64,000 nt of DNA, from positions 36,890,001 to 36,954,000 of the forward strand of contig JAGIQG010000026.1 in NCBI GenBank assembly GCA_024679065.1. Direction: 5' to 3'. The position numbers were made by a program, and so were the translations under genes. This DNA comes from Sphyrna mokarran. Taxonomy: Eukaryota. The notes below the pieces were generated by a model. It saw only the letters and a list, made by a program, of their open reading frames with translations, was not told the DNA's origin and ran no database searches. This document shows positions 1-12,609 of this stretch, piece after piece. Each line of letters starts with the position of its first letter. Positions within the stretch are counted from its first letter, which is position 1.

Positions 1-3000
1 ATGGTGGAAGAGACTGGAGTTGTTAAATCCTCTCCTTCTGTTCCTATATCACTGCACAAAGAATGAAGGATTCGTGAAATGCGCCGCTGGTTAGACAGGA
101 GGAAATCCACTGAAATCATTTAACAAACAATGACTGCAGGCTCCGTCTGGATTATTCACTAGGATTGGCCAAATGGTCTTCCACATCTGGAATTATAATG
201 TGAGTTTAATTTCAATTCTACAAATACTTTTTCATTCTTATTTAAAGGCTATTATCATTTCTGCTTAGACCTTTACATTTAGTAAGATGTTCCAGGTATT
301 CTGTATTTAAAAAAATCTCTTCCATCATTCTTTTGATAATGATTATGAATTTACACCTTCCAGTTGCCAATCAGTGGAACTTGTTTTTCTCAATTTGCTT
401 CATCTATCAAAGTGTCACGGCAACTTTTGCTCCCATCTACAAGACTTACTCAGCCACTTAATTTAGTCCCAACAGGAAACTTGGATTTCTGACTCTCTAT
501 ACCTTCATCTCAGTCATCAATGGAATGAAGAGCTGAGGCCCCAGTACAGATCCCTGGGAGAAACCACGAGCCACATTCTGCCAATTGGAGCACAGACTGA
601 TTATTCCCATTGTCTGCCTCCTACTCCCTCACTCATTCCTCACTCATATCAATAAGTTATCTCCAATTCTATTAACCTTGATTGTACTAATGAAGGCTCT
701 AAGTCTTTCCTCAACTAAATCCTCAATTCCTTAACACAAGTGGGATTCATTCCCCTAGGCCTTCCCCTGCTCCACCACCATAACATTAGTGATTCCAATG
801 GGAGAAATTCCAGGGAATTTTACCGCAAATGGGGAAAAGGCAGAAATTGTAACAGTTACAGAAAGATCAGAACAATAGAAATAGAGAACTGGCAATAGAA
901 ACGGAGAATGTTTGGAAATTGTGGTTAGCGGTTATAATAATTAACGAATGTTCAGAATATTGGGAAGTTGTGGTGAATTGTACAACTTCATTCCCCCACT
1001 TCTTGCAGCAGCCGTTTTATTATAGAATCAGAAATCCTTAAGGCACTGCCATGATGATAGTTGATTGTGACCCTGGAGGAGGTAAAAAAAATTAAACTAA
1101 CTTCTAATTTGCTGAAAAACTGACTTGTCTTTTAAACAGCAGTTACAATCCTTTCAGCAGCGGTAACTCGTATTTCCAAATTGGGAAGCTCTCTGTAACC
1201 AGTAAGTTCAATGTCAAGAGCTGTGTGAAAAGTACAATGATGTCTCATCCTGGAAACTCTGTTGCAATTGGCTGTGTGTTACTGTGGTCACATGCCCCTT
1301 CCCCTTTCCCCCCCACCAATCTCAGGCAAAGTGATGCTCCCTCCCCCTTCCTCCTCAGCGATCTCAGACAGAGTGGCAGCAGACACCCCCTTCCTCGCCA
1401 TTGATCTCAAGTGGAGTCACTGTTGATTCTCTTCTCCCCCGCTGATCTCAGGCAGAGTGTCAGTGGACTTCCTTCCCTTCCATTGATCCCAGGTCATTGT
1501 ACATATTGCTACCAATGACATAGCTAGGAAAAGGATGAGGTCCTGAAGTGTGAATATAGAGAGCTGGCAGAAGGTTAAAGTGCACGATCTCAAAGATAAT
1601 AATTTCTGGACTATTGCTGGTATCACGTGCTAGTGAGAGTAGAAATAGGAAGATTAGGTGGACGAATGCACAGCTTGAGAGCTGGTGCAGGGGACAGATT
1701 TATGGATCATTGAGATGTCTTCTGTGAAAGGGTTGATCTGTTCAGTTACACTGAACTGGAAGGGAACTCACATCCTGGCTGGAGTTATGCTAGAGCCACT
1801 CAGGAGGGCTTCAACTAATTGGCAGGGGTGTGGAACCCAAAGCAGTAGGGAGACAGCTTTGGGTTCCACCCAAAGTTAAAGAGAGCACATTAAATAGTAA
1901 AGGCAGTGTCAGTAATCCTAGCAGCAGACAACTCAGGCAAAAACAGAGCAGAGAGCAAGAGACGTCCAGATTAAACTGCTTTTATTTCAATGCAAGAGGC
2001 TGATGGACAAAGCAGATGAACTCAGGGCATGGATGGGTACGTGGGACAGGGAGATTATAGCAATTACTGAAACATGGCTAAGGGTGAGACAGGACTGGCA
2101 GCTCAGTGTTCCAGGGTATAGATGCTATAGGAAAGATATAACAGGAGGTAAGAGAGGAGGGGGAAGTTGCATTTTTGATTAGGGAAAACATTACGGCAGT
2201 ACTGAGTGGGGATATATCCGAGGGTACGGCTACTGAATCTATATGCGTAGAACTGAGAAATAAGAAGGGGGAAATAACTTTGATAGGGTTGTACTTCAGG
2301 CCCCCAAATAGTTAGCAGAAAATTGAGGAGCAAATATGTACAGATAACTCCAAGAAAAATGGGGTGGTAATAGTAGGGGATTTTAACTTTCCCAACATTG
2401 TCCCAACTATGGGACAGCCATAGTATTAGAGGCTTGGATGGAGAGAATTCGTTGAGTGTATTCAGGAGGATTTTCTCATTCAGTATTCAGATGGTCCAAC
2501 TAGAGAGGGGGCAAAATTTGACCTCCACTTGGGAAATAAGGAAGGGTAGGTGAAAGTAGTGTCAGTGAGAGTTCACTTTGGGACCAGTGACCATAATTCT
2601 ATTAGATTTAAGATAGCTATGGAGAATGATAGGTCTAATGCAAAAGTTAAAATTCTAAATTGAGACATGACTAATTTTGATGGTTAATTGGGGGAGCCAG
2701 TGGGAAGACAAAGGGATGTCTGGTAAGTGAGAGACTTTCAAAAGTGTGTTAACCAGGATTCAGGGTAAGCACATTCCTCTTAGAGTGAAGGGCAAGGCTG
2801 ATAGGAGTAGGAAACCCTGGATGAGGCCATGATCAAGAAAAAGAAGGAGGCACATAACATGTATAAGCAGTTGGGATCAAGTGAATCCTTTGAAGAGTAT
2901 AGTATGTGTGTCAGAGTAGAGTTAACAGAGAAATCAGGAGGGCAAAAAGGAGACACCAAATTGTTTTGGCAGATAAGGCAAAAGAAAATCCAAAGAATTT

Positions 3001-3042
3001 CCACAAATAGATAAAAGCCAAAAGAGTAAATAGAGAGTAGAT

Positions 3043-3108
3043 TCTTGTGAATCCGCACATAGATGACCTTAAAGATCAACAAGGTCATCTATGTGCGGAT
3101 TCACAAGA
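3043..3108. repeat. Perfect 28-bp inverted repeat with a 10-nt loop
   Basis: 3043-3070 is the exact reverse complement of 3081-3108. Confidence 0.97.
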
Positions 3109-4413
3109 GATGGTGAGATCCTGAATGAATATTTCTCATCAATATTTACTGTTGAGAAAAGCATGGATATTAGGGAACTTGGGGAAATAAATAGTGATGT
3201 CTTGAGGAGTGTACAGAGAAGGAGGTGCTAGAAATCTGAAAGTGCTTCAAGGTAGATAAATCCCCAGGACCTGATGAAGTGTATCCCAGGACATTGTGAA
3301 AGACTAGGGTCTGTAGCAGAGATATGTGAATCACTGATAGCCACAGGTGAGCTGCCTGAAGATTGGAGGGTGACAAATGTTGTGCCTTTGCTTAAAAAGG
3401 GCTGCAGGGAAAAGCTGGGAACTACAGGCTGGTGAGCCTCACGTGTGGTGGGTAAATTGTTGGAAGGTATTTTGAGAGACAGGATCTACAGGCAATTAGA
3501 GACGCAAGGGACAATCAGCATGGCTTTGTGAGTAGAATATTGTATCTCACAAATTTGATTGAGGCTTTTGAAAGAGTAAAAAGAAGGTAGATAAGGACAG
3601 TGCAGTTGACGTTTTCTACATGGACTTTGGCAAGGCCTTTGTCTAGGTTGTTGCATTAAACCTCATGGGATCCAGGATGAGGTACTAAATGGATCCAAAA
3701 TTGGCTTGGTGACAGAAGCTAGCGGGTGGTTGTAGAGGTTGTTTTTCAAACTGGAGGCCTGTGACCAGCAGTGTGCATTAGGGATCGATGCTGTTGTCCA
3801 CTATTATTTGTCATTTATTTTAATGATTTGGATGAGAATACAGGAGGCATGGTTAGTAAGTTTGCAGATGACACCAAAAGTAATGGCAAAGTGGACAGTG
3901 AAGAAAGTTATCTCGCTTTGCAACAGGTTCTTGATCAATTGGACAACTGAGCTGATGAATGGCAGATGGAGTTTAATTTAGATAAATACGAAGTGATGCA
4001 TTTTGGTAGATTGAACCAGGGTAGGACCTACTCAGTTAATGGTAGGGCATTAGAGTGAGTTACAGGACAAAGAGACCTGGGATTACAGGTTCATAGCTTC
4101 TTGAAAGTGTAGTCATAGATAGACAGAGTTGAGAAGAAGGCATTTAGCATGCTAGGTTTCATTGGTCAGAAGACTGAATACAGGAATTAGGAAGTCTTGT
4201 TGAAACCATACAAGATATTGGGAGGGCCACACTTGGAATACTGTGCACAATTCTGGTCACTCTATTATAGAAAGGATACTATTAAACTAGAAAGAGTGCA
4301 GAAGAGATTTATTAGGATACTACTGGGACTTGATGGTTTGAGTTATAAGCAGAAGCTGGAGAGACTGGGACTATTATCCTCTAGAGCCTAGAAGAGAAAG
4401 AGTATCTTATAGA

Positions 4414-5508
4414 ATGTAAAACATTACAGAGCAGAACAGGCCCTTCAGCCTTCGATGTTGCGCCGACCAATTAAGAAAAAACAATGACCCTCTAACCTAA
4501 ACCATTCCCTTTTCATCCATAAACTTATCTACTAACCTCTTAAACGCCACCAAACTTGGCGCATCTACAACTGCAGCAGGCAGGGCATTCCATACCCTTA
4601 CCACCCTCTGGGTAAAGAACCTACCTCTGACATCCGTCCTATAACTACCACCCCTTAATTTAAAGCTATGTCCCCTCGTGCTAGCTTTCTCCATCCTAGG
4701 AAAAAGGCTATCACTGTCCACCCTATCTAAACCTCTAATCATCTTATATGTTTCGATAAGGTCTCCTCTTAGCCGCCTCCTTTCTAACGAAAACAACCTC
4801 AAATCCCTCAGCCTCTCTTCATAAGACCTGCCCTCCATACCAGGCAACATCCTGGTAAACCTCCTCTGTACCCTCTCCAATGCCTCCACATCTTTCTTAT
4901 AATGCGGGGACCAGAACTGTACACAATACTCCAAGTGCGGCCGCACTAGAGTTTTGTACAGTTGCAACATGACGTTGCGGCTCCGAAATTCAATCCCCCT
5001 ACCAATAAAAGCTAAGACTCCATATGCCTTCTTAACAACCTTATCGACTTGATTGCCAACTTTCAGGGATCTATGCACATATACACCAAGATCCCTCTGT
5101 TCTTCAACACTATTAAGAGTCCTACCATTAGCCCTATACTCTACACATTTGTTATTCCTGCCAAAGTGAATTACCTCATACTTTTCCACATTAAACTCCA
5201 TTTGCCACCTCTCGGCCCAGCTCTGCAACTTGTCCAAGTCTCTCTGCAAACTAGAACACCCCTCTTCACTATCTACCACTCCTCCGACTTTGGTGTCATC
5301 CTTAAATTTACTAATCCATCCTTCAATACCCTCATCCAGATCATTTATAAAAATTACAAACAGCAGGGGCCCCATAACAGATCCCTGAGGTACACCACTT
5401 GTAACCGAACTCCACAATGAATAATTTCCATCAACCACCACCCCCTGTCTTCTATCAGCTAGCCAATTCCTAATCCAATTAGCTAAATCACCCTCAATCC
5501 CATACATC
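4414..5508 (-). mobile_element. Young 5'-truncated CR1 LINE (ORF2 C-terminal part)
   Basis: Open 337-aa frame with GVPQGS, FKDD (FADD in sister copies) and [13 protein letters not shown]; target site duplication ATAGA at 4409-4413 and 5509-5513. Confidence 0.95.
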
Positions 5509-6179
5509 ATAGAGATCTATAAAGCAATAAGGGGCAGAGATCAGCTGGAAAACCAATATATTTTCCCTAAAACTAGAGAGCAAAGGATTAAGGTGAGAGG
5601 AGAGAGATCCAAAAGGGTAAAAGGGGGCAGTTTTTTCACAGAGAAGGTGGTGTCTGGAACAACTGTCAGAGATAGTAGTAGAGGTGAATACAATTTTATT
5701 TTTTAAAAAGTGTTTAGACTGTTACATTTTGGGACTACTTGGAGCTTAATAAAAGTGATGGCATGGACAAGTTGGGCCAAAGGGCCTGTTTCCATGCTGT
5801 AAACCTCTATGACTCTGTAATTGGAGACAAAAGGCACCCTCTCCCCTGCTCCAATTCCCACTTTCACCAAATTCCCAACTCCTGCACTCGGTTTATGATG
5901 CATTCCATTTACTACCACTCTGGAGGAGAATTTCCTGATACTGGCCCACAATTTATTCTTGTTTGAACCCATGTGTCCTTGTTCCATTCTCATTGTTTAA
6001 TTTAGAGAAATATTCCAGATTTATCTTAATATCTCTTCAAATTATTCCCAAAACTATAAGATTACCTCACAGCCACATCATTCTCAGGATGGAAAAAATA
6101 AATTCCTGCAGCTTCTTCTTATATAACTCAGGTGTTTGACTTTGGAGATCGGTTTTGTTGCTTTTCTGCTCAGCCTCCT

Positions 6180-6382
6180 AGAACATAGAACATAGAACAT
6201 TACAGAGCAGTGCAGGCCCTTCGGCCCTCGATGTTGCGCCCACCAGTGGAACCAAACTAATGACTCTCTAACCTAAACTATTCCAATGTCCTCCATATGC
6301 CTATCCACTGACCATTTGAATGCCCTTAAACTTGGCGAGTCCCCAACTGCGGAGAGAAGGGCATTCCACGCCCTTACTACCT
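6180..6382 (-). mobile_element. CR1 3'-end fragment
   Basis: (tagaaca)n tail, and a 3' UTR similar to the 4414-5508 copy. Confidence 0.8.
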
Positions 6383-7210
6383 GGACTTGAATTTCTCTCG
6401 TGTGTCTCATAGACCAGTACAGGACACAGTGAGGTGAATTTTCCACTCCTGTTTGCTTAGGGGGTCAGGATCAGTGGTGGGGGTTCAGTTCTGTCCGGAA
6501 TCACTGTACAATGGTGTTGTGAGCAATGATATCAGCCATTGGGATAGAAGACCCCTCAACCCCAGCCACAGGACTGGTCAGTCTCTGCAAGTGGAGACCT
6601 ACGTGAGAACCGCTGTCGGGTACTCTTTCTGGAGCTGGAGCAGATCAAACACAACCCCAGCAATGTGGCTTTCACTGCTACAAGAGTGGTGCAGTGCGAT
6701 GACAGGTTGCTATGTGTGTTGCACTCGCCTCAAAGTCTCAAGCGAACTGATGTCAGACTTGTGCGCACCGCTCGTTTTCAGAAGGGCTTAAGACCAATGT
6801 AATTTCCTGCTGTCATGATGCAAGATGTAAGGGAGAAGGTGTAAGGAGATTTCAGCAAGCAGCTGGATTTCCTCCAGTTGCTCCGGTTTCCTCCCACACT
6901 CCATAGATGTGCAGGTTAGTTGGATTAGCCATGCTAAATTGCCCCTTAGTGTCCAAAGATGTGCAGGTTAGGTGGATTCATGAGATGGAAATGGCGCTCA
7001 CACCACTGGACAACGGGATAATCGAGCCCCCATTAATCTGCCATCAGGAATTCCAAAAATATTTATGCTTGCAGCTTTCTGACTTTCTGTCTCCTGCTAG
7101 ATTCTCTGCTCCCGTTCATCAAGAAACCAGCTTGGGTGGGATGGGAGAATTCCACCAAATTCTTTCTTCATTACAAGTGAACTGTGATCAAAATACAATT
7201 CTTCCTTACG

Positions 7211-7523
7211 TAGAATCATAGAACAGAATCATAGAATCCCTACAATGCAGAAGGAGACCATTCAGCCCATTGAGTCTGCACTGACCACAACTCTCTCCAG
7301 CCTCTTTCCCTGCAGTCTCAATAAGAGGCAATTTAGGATGGCCAATCAACCTAACCCACACATCTGTGGAGAGTGGGAGGAAACCGGAGCACCCAGAGGA
7401 AACCCAGAGGACACATGAGAATGTATAAATTCTATACAGACACTGATCCAAGCTGGGTGTTGATCCGGGTCCCTGCTGCTATGAGGCAGCAGTGCTAAAT
7501 ACTGTGCCACTGAGCTGCTGCCA
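7211..7523 (-). mobile_element. HE1-like V-SINE
   Basis: tRNA-like head, central gggtttcctc..ggtgctccggtttcctcccac domain, ctatgattctatg tail. Confidence 0.85.
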
Positions 7524-10500
7524 TGAACAATGTTCCCTCTATCTTTTTTTGGAGTGGTGGGAACATTTATTTAATAGTGTGGTACTTTTAAATCTTTTTA
7601 TCATGGCTGTGCACATGGGTAGTTTAAAGATGCCAAGTTAAGTCTGACCGATGTGGGGGCTTTAGGGTTTGCACTCACAGGAAGCAGTGACCTCACTCAC
7701 ATACATTTGCCAATTGTTTGCTGAGTATGAAACTGGCTCAAATTGTAGCATCATTGTCATCTTATAACATGAATGAAAAGTAGAATTGTGGATTGTTGGG
7801 CTCAGTAATATATCTGTTATCAGTTGAGAGTCAGTAACATAACTGTCGACTGTGAGTGAACATATTCGGATCAGGGGTTTGTGAAGAATTCTGCTGAGGA
7901 TAAAGGCAAGAGTGCCCCAAAACCCAGAAAGGTAATGTGGAACATTAGTTCTTAGTGGTGTATAATTTCAATTTGACAAAATGTGAGGCAAGGTGTGCAA
8001 ACCCGAGAGGAACAGCATAATTTGATTGTGACCAATTAATAAAAAATAATAAATCCATCTTTTAATGATACAATATGTGGAATATGGACAAAACTGGCTG
8101 AAATACAAACTTCAAATTTTATGTTTCAAAGCATATAGACTTAAAATGGTTGCAGACAAGACAACAAAGAGATCGACAGACAAAGAGATACACAATCTTA
8201 TCAAATCCGCCTAGAAGTTGCTTGAGCAGACAAAGAACAATGGCAAAATTCACCTATTAGTTATGCAAAAACTGGCCCTACTAGATCTGGCTAACAATGA
8301 TACCCATTACAACATCTATGGACAGCATAGTTATAGACTCCAAGTTGACTGCGAAATCCAATAGGTTTCAGCCCAGGCTGTTTCTTGCAAAACCAGCTCG
8401 AAGGGAAAGTAATCAATACCTTCTGAGAATAATCAAGCCCATTTTACATTTCATCAGCTCCAACTACTCATCAACAGGTAACCTGATTGTTGGGAAAAGC
8501 TGACAGAAATTCAAAGGCTGCATCGTTTTAAAATTGGATAAAGACAAAGGACAAGAGACTCTTTTAACCAGAGCACACGGGTGGTTCACTTCTCAACAAG
8601 TACAACCACTGGAATCTCCAAACAAAACAAGCCAACTTTGCTCGAGCTGCAGCTTTGTTTCTGATCGGAACCAACAGCTGAAAAGACTCTAAAGTTTCTC
8701 TTTAACCACTAAAGAAAGAAATTCCACAAGTATTTACCAGAAAAGATCCAGGATACAAGAAACTGCATTTTCGGACACAACCCCAGACTAAAGGGTCGCA
8801 CAATAAAGATACCTAGCTGACCCCATGGCATATCCCTTGAAGGCAAAACAGCTCTGATCTTAAAGACAGCACTGCCTCTTTGACCCCAGGAGTGGTGAGT
8901 ATAATTTACGGTCTCCAGAAATCCCCAATAGCCAGATGTTGAGGAAGGGTGGCTGGGAATTGTATAAAATTGTGTAAACCTAAAAATATCCATTATGTCA
9001 TTATAGTCTCTTCCTTCCATAGAATGTTGTGTGTGCATGTTGACAAGTCTGGTTATTTTCATCCTGTCCTGAGTAGAAGTTACCTTTTGTGTCACCCACT
9101 CGTCTGTCTTTTCATTCTGGTAGATCACAGAACTAGAACATAATTCCAAAGTCTAGAACTGGAGGGGTTCACGCACCTCGAAAACTTTCACTCAAGTCGG
9201 TTCACTGGTCAGGCAAAAACAGTAGCTTACTCTCCCTCTCCCTGCGAAATGACACTTCCACGTGCAGGAGAGATACACACGTCCAAGAGTGGTAGCGGAG
9301 ACCACCACGTGTGGAATAAAAAAAAACCTGAAAGTCCCATTTACAGCACAACCTCACCATGGATTTCCTGGTGGCGTAGGTGGAGCCAATGGGAAATGCC
9401 ATTGACAGCAACAGGACTGGAAGATCCTGCCACCGATGAAAGCCACAGTACCTCCCGCTACAAGAAACATGCAGTGGCGAGGCTAGAAAATATCCCCCAT
9501 CATACACTACAACAGTCTACCTAACTACAATAATGGCTTTATACACATTGTATCTCATAATGTTCCCCCTTTTCCCAACTACCTATGGTCCCTGAACTCT
9601 GAGAAACACACATTTCCCCAAACACCATCCAATATTATAAATGCAGCCACCCCATGGGTTATTTTCCTGGTTTTGGAAAACCACCTTAGTTTCAGTGTAG
9701 AAATTCTTCTCTGTTAAAATTTTGACTTTAAACAGCAACTTTTTAGTAACAACTTGTTTACAGGAAAGCTGCTTTTTACAGCTGGGTATGGCTGTGAGGA
9801 AGCTGATTCTCTACCCTCTTCTACAGTTATCTTAGTGTGGATATATAATTTTTCTCTTTGATGCTACCCAACCTGTGCACCAGGCTTTTAGCTTATAACT
9901 GAAAATTATTCCCTTATCTCTCCACTTTGAAGTCAGCTCTACTATATACCATTCTTTCCTCTCGTCACTTAGGTAAACATTTGTTTTCCTATTGCTACAC
10001 TAATTTGCTAATTAGTAAAATAAAATAATAAAAACACTGCTTCAGCCAGCTGTACTTCTCAGTTGATACAGTAATAAGTCTCAACACCAACATCTAACCT
10101 GGTGTACCTCTAACCTGGTGTTGTGAGACTTTTACTGTGCTTATCCTAGTCCAACGCTGGCATCTCTATATCTTCTCAGTTAATCCCATTTCTTTACTTT
10201 ATCCCAATTTCATTTCTAATCTTGCTTTTTCTCAATTCTTAACACGTTAGAATGAATAGGTTTTGTATTTGGTAACAAAATTTACCCAATACCATCAAAA
10301 GAGTGATGTCAGCTGTAAAATTGCAGACGAATTAAACTCTGCAGCCAGATAATTCCAGAGGCGGGGTTTATGGTTCACATGTCTGTTGGTCCTGTCAAAT
10401 GGTGCAGGAATCACACTGCCAAATCTTTGTCCAGCACCATCCACGCAATTCAGTAGTTCTACAAGTCGGAACTGGGTGCAGAGATTTTGGCTCCATTAAA

Positions 10501-10609
10501 ATCACATAAAAGGAGTTCTTAAAGCGAAGAAGCAAAAATACAGCCAATGCTGGGAATCTGAAATTAATACTGAAAGTGATGGAAATACTAAGCAGATTAG
10601 ACAGCACTT

Positions 10610-12030
10610 TGGAACATAGGAACCAGAGGAGACCATTCAGCCACTTAAGCCTGTTCTGTCATTCAGTGAGATCATGACTGGTTTGCAGCGTAACTCTAAG
10701 AACAAAGAATAAAGAACAATACAGCACAGGAATAGGCCCTTTGGCCCTCCAAGCCTGCGCCACTCGCACACCCAACTAGACAATCTGTTTGTATCCCTGT
10801 ATTCCCAGCTGTTCATGTACAGAGCCCTGCGGAACATCACCAGTGACAGATCTCCAACCGGAAAAAGACCCCTCCACTGCTACTCTCTGTCTTCTATGGC
10901 CAAACCAGTTCTAGCTAGCTCATCTTTTATCCCATGAGATTTAATCTTTTGCACCAGCTTCTGGAGGGACCTTGTCAAATGCTTTACTAAAAATCTTTTT
11001 TGAATAAAGCCATTTTATTTGAAAAAAGAAAGTCCTTTTGCCTCTTGTCCCTTAAAATCTTTTATAATAAAAATCTGTAGAAATAGACTTAAAATTAACA
11101 TTTGATTCAGAGTCAATTATTTGCTGAAAGGGGTTTCAACCTTCTACAACCCATTGATGTAAAAATGTTTGGTTTTAACTTTCAGACAATGTCTCTCTCA
11201 GTCCTGGACTCCCCAACTAACAAGAATAGTTTCTCTCTAGACTATTCACTTCTGTAGATCTTGCAATCTGTTTTGTCATCAATTGCTATCAGTATTATTA
11301 TGGTGCAGAATGAGGTTATTTAGCTCATCATGTTTGCACTGGTCTTTTAAATGAGCAGTAAGACTTCGATTCCCTCCTGAACAGCTTGACTGAAGCTGCC
11401 TCCATCGCTCTTCCACACAGTGCATTCCAGACTTGATTATTCATGTGAAAAAGATTTTTGTCACATCACATTTGCTTCTTTTGCAAATCACTTTAAAGCT
11501 GTGTCCGCCCATTCTTGATTCTTTTGCAAGTGGAAATTTTTCTCCCTACGTATTCTGTCCAGCCCTCTCATGATTTTGAACATCTCTATTGAATCTCCTC
11601 TTTGTCTTCTTCTGTCCCAACCTCTCCAATATTTTCACATTTGAAATTTCTCATCCCTGTAACCATTTTTGTAAACTTCTTCTGCACTCTGTCCAACGCA
11701 TTCACATCATTTCTACAGTGTGGCACCAAGAACTGCACACAGTATCCGAGCTGAGGTTTAATATTCTTGCTCTTGTACTCCATGTCCCTATTAAGAAAGT
11801 GCAGAACACTATAGGCTTTATTAACTGCTCACCCCACCTGTCCTGCCACTTTCAATAATCAATGCGTGTATACACCCAGGTCCCTCTGTTCCTGCTTTCC
11901 CTCAGGGTTTGTACCCCTTGTTTTAGATTGTCTATCCATGTTCTTCCTACAAAAATGGATCACCTCACACTTCCTCACACTGAACTTCATCTGTTACCTA
12001 TCTGTCCACTCTGCCAACTTTCATCTTTCA
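10610..12030 (-). mobile_element. Cluster of degenerate CR1 fragments
   Basis: CR1 3' tails and ORF2 remnants (PQLGYCVQFLVPH, LDRVQKKFTKM). Confidence 0.7.
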
Positions 12031-12137
12031 GGTCAGTCATAGAAACTATCTAGCTTTATGCAGGACTCATCCGAATGGTCGTCTTTGTCAACTTTCATCA
12101 CAACTCAGATTGGTTTGAATGTTGTAAGCTTTCTTGA

Positions 12138-12430
12138 ATCATAGGACCCCTACAGTACAGGAAGAGACCATTTGGCCCATCGAGCCTGCACCAACAACAA
12201 TTCCACCCAAGCCCCATCCCTGTAACCCCATGCATTTACCCCATTAATTCCCCTGACCCTAAGGGGCAATTAAATACGACTAATCAAGCTAACCCACATA
12301 TTTTTGGACTGTGGGAAAGAACGGGAGCACCTGGAAGAAGCACACACAGGCATGGGGAAAATGTGCAAATTTCACACGGAAAGAGAGCAGAGGCCAGAAT
12401 TGAACAACCTGTGCTAATGACAACGCCATG
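12138..12430 (-). mobile_element. HE1-like V-SINE (degenerate)
   Basis: Same head, V-domain and tail pattern on the minus strand. Confidence 0.75.
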
Positions 12431-12609
12431 GGAAAAGGTCACATCTGTGTGAGCTTGTAGTGAACTGCTGGAGAGGGGTCAAGATATGGTAGGGGCTGGG
12501 TTAAAGAGATTAAAATGCATGTTAATACATGCAAAGCAGGGAGTGAACCTGATGGCATCTCCAGTGACAGAGGGGGAAGCTCTGAATTCACCAGCTAATT
12601 TTCTTACTA

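Larger units (their letters stand above)
1485..5818 (+). mobile_element. Old, degenerate near-full-length CR1 LINE, split by a younger CR1
   Basis: Remnants of the ORF1 esterase (HIxTNDI), endonuclease (GDFNFP) and RT, PHLEYCAQFW, and a 3' tail ending ctctatgactct; many stops. Paralogous to 31400-34656. Confidence 0.9.
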
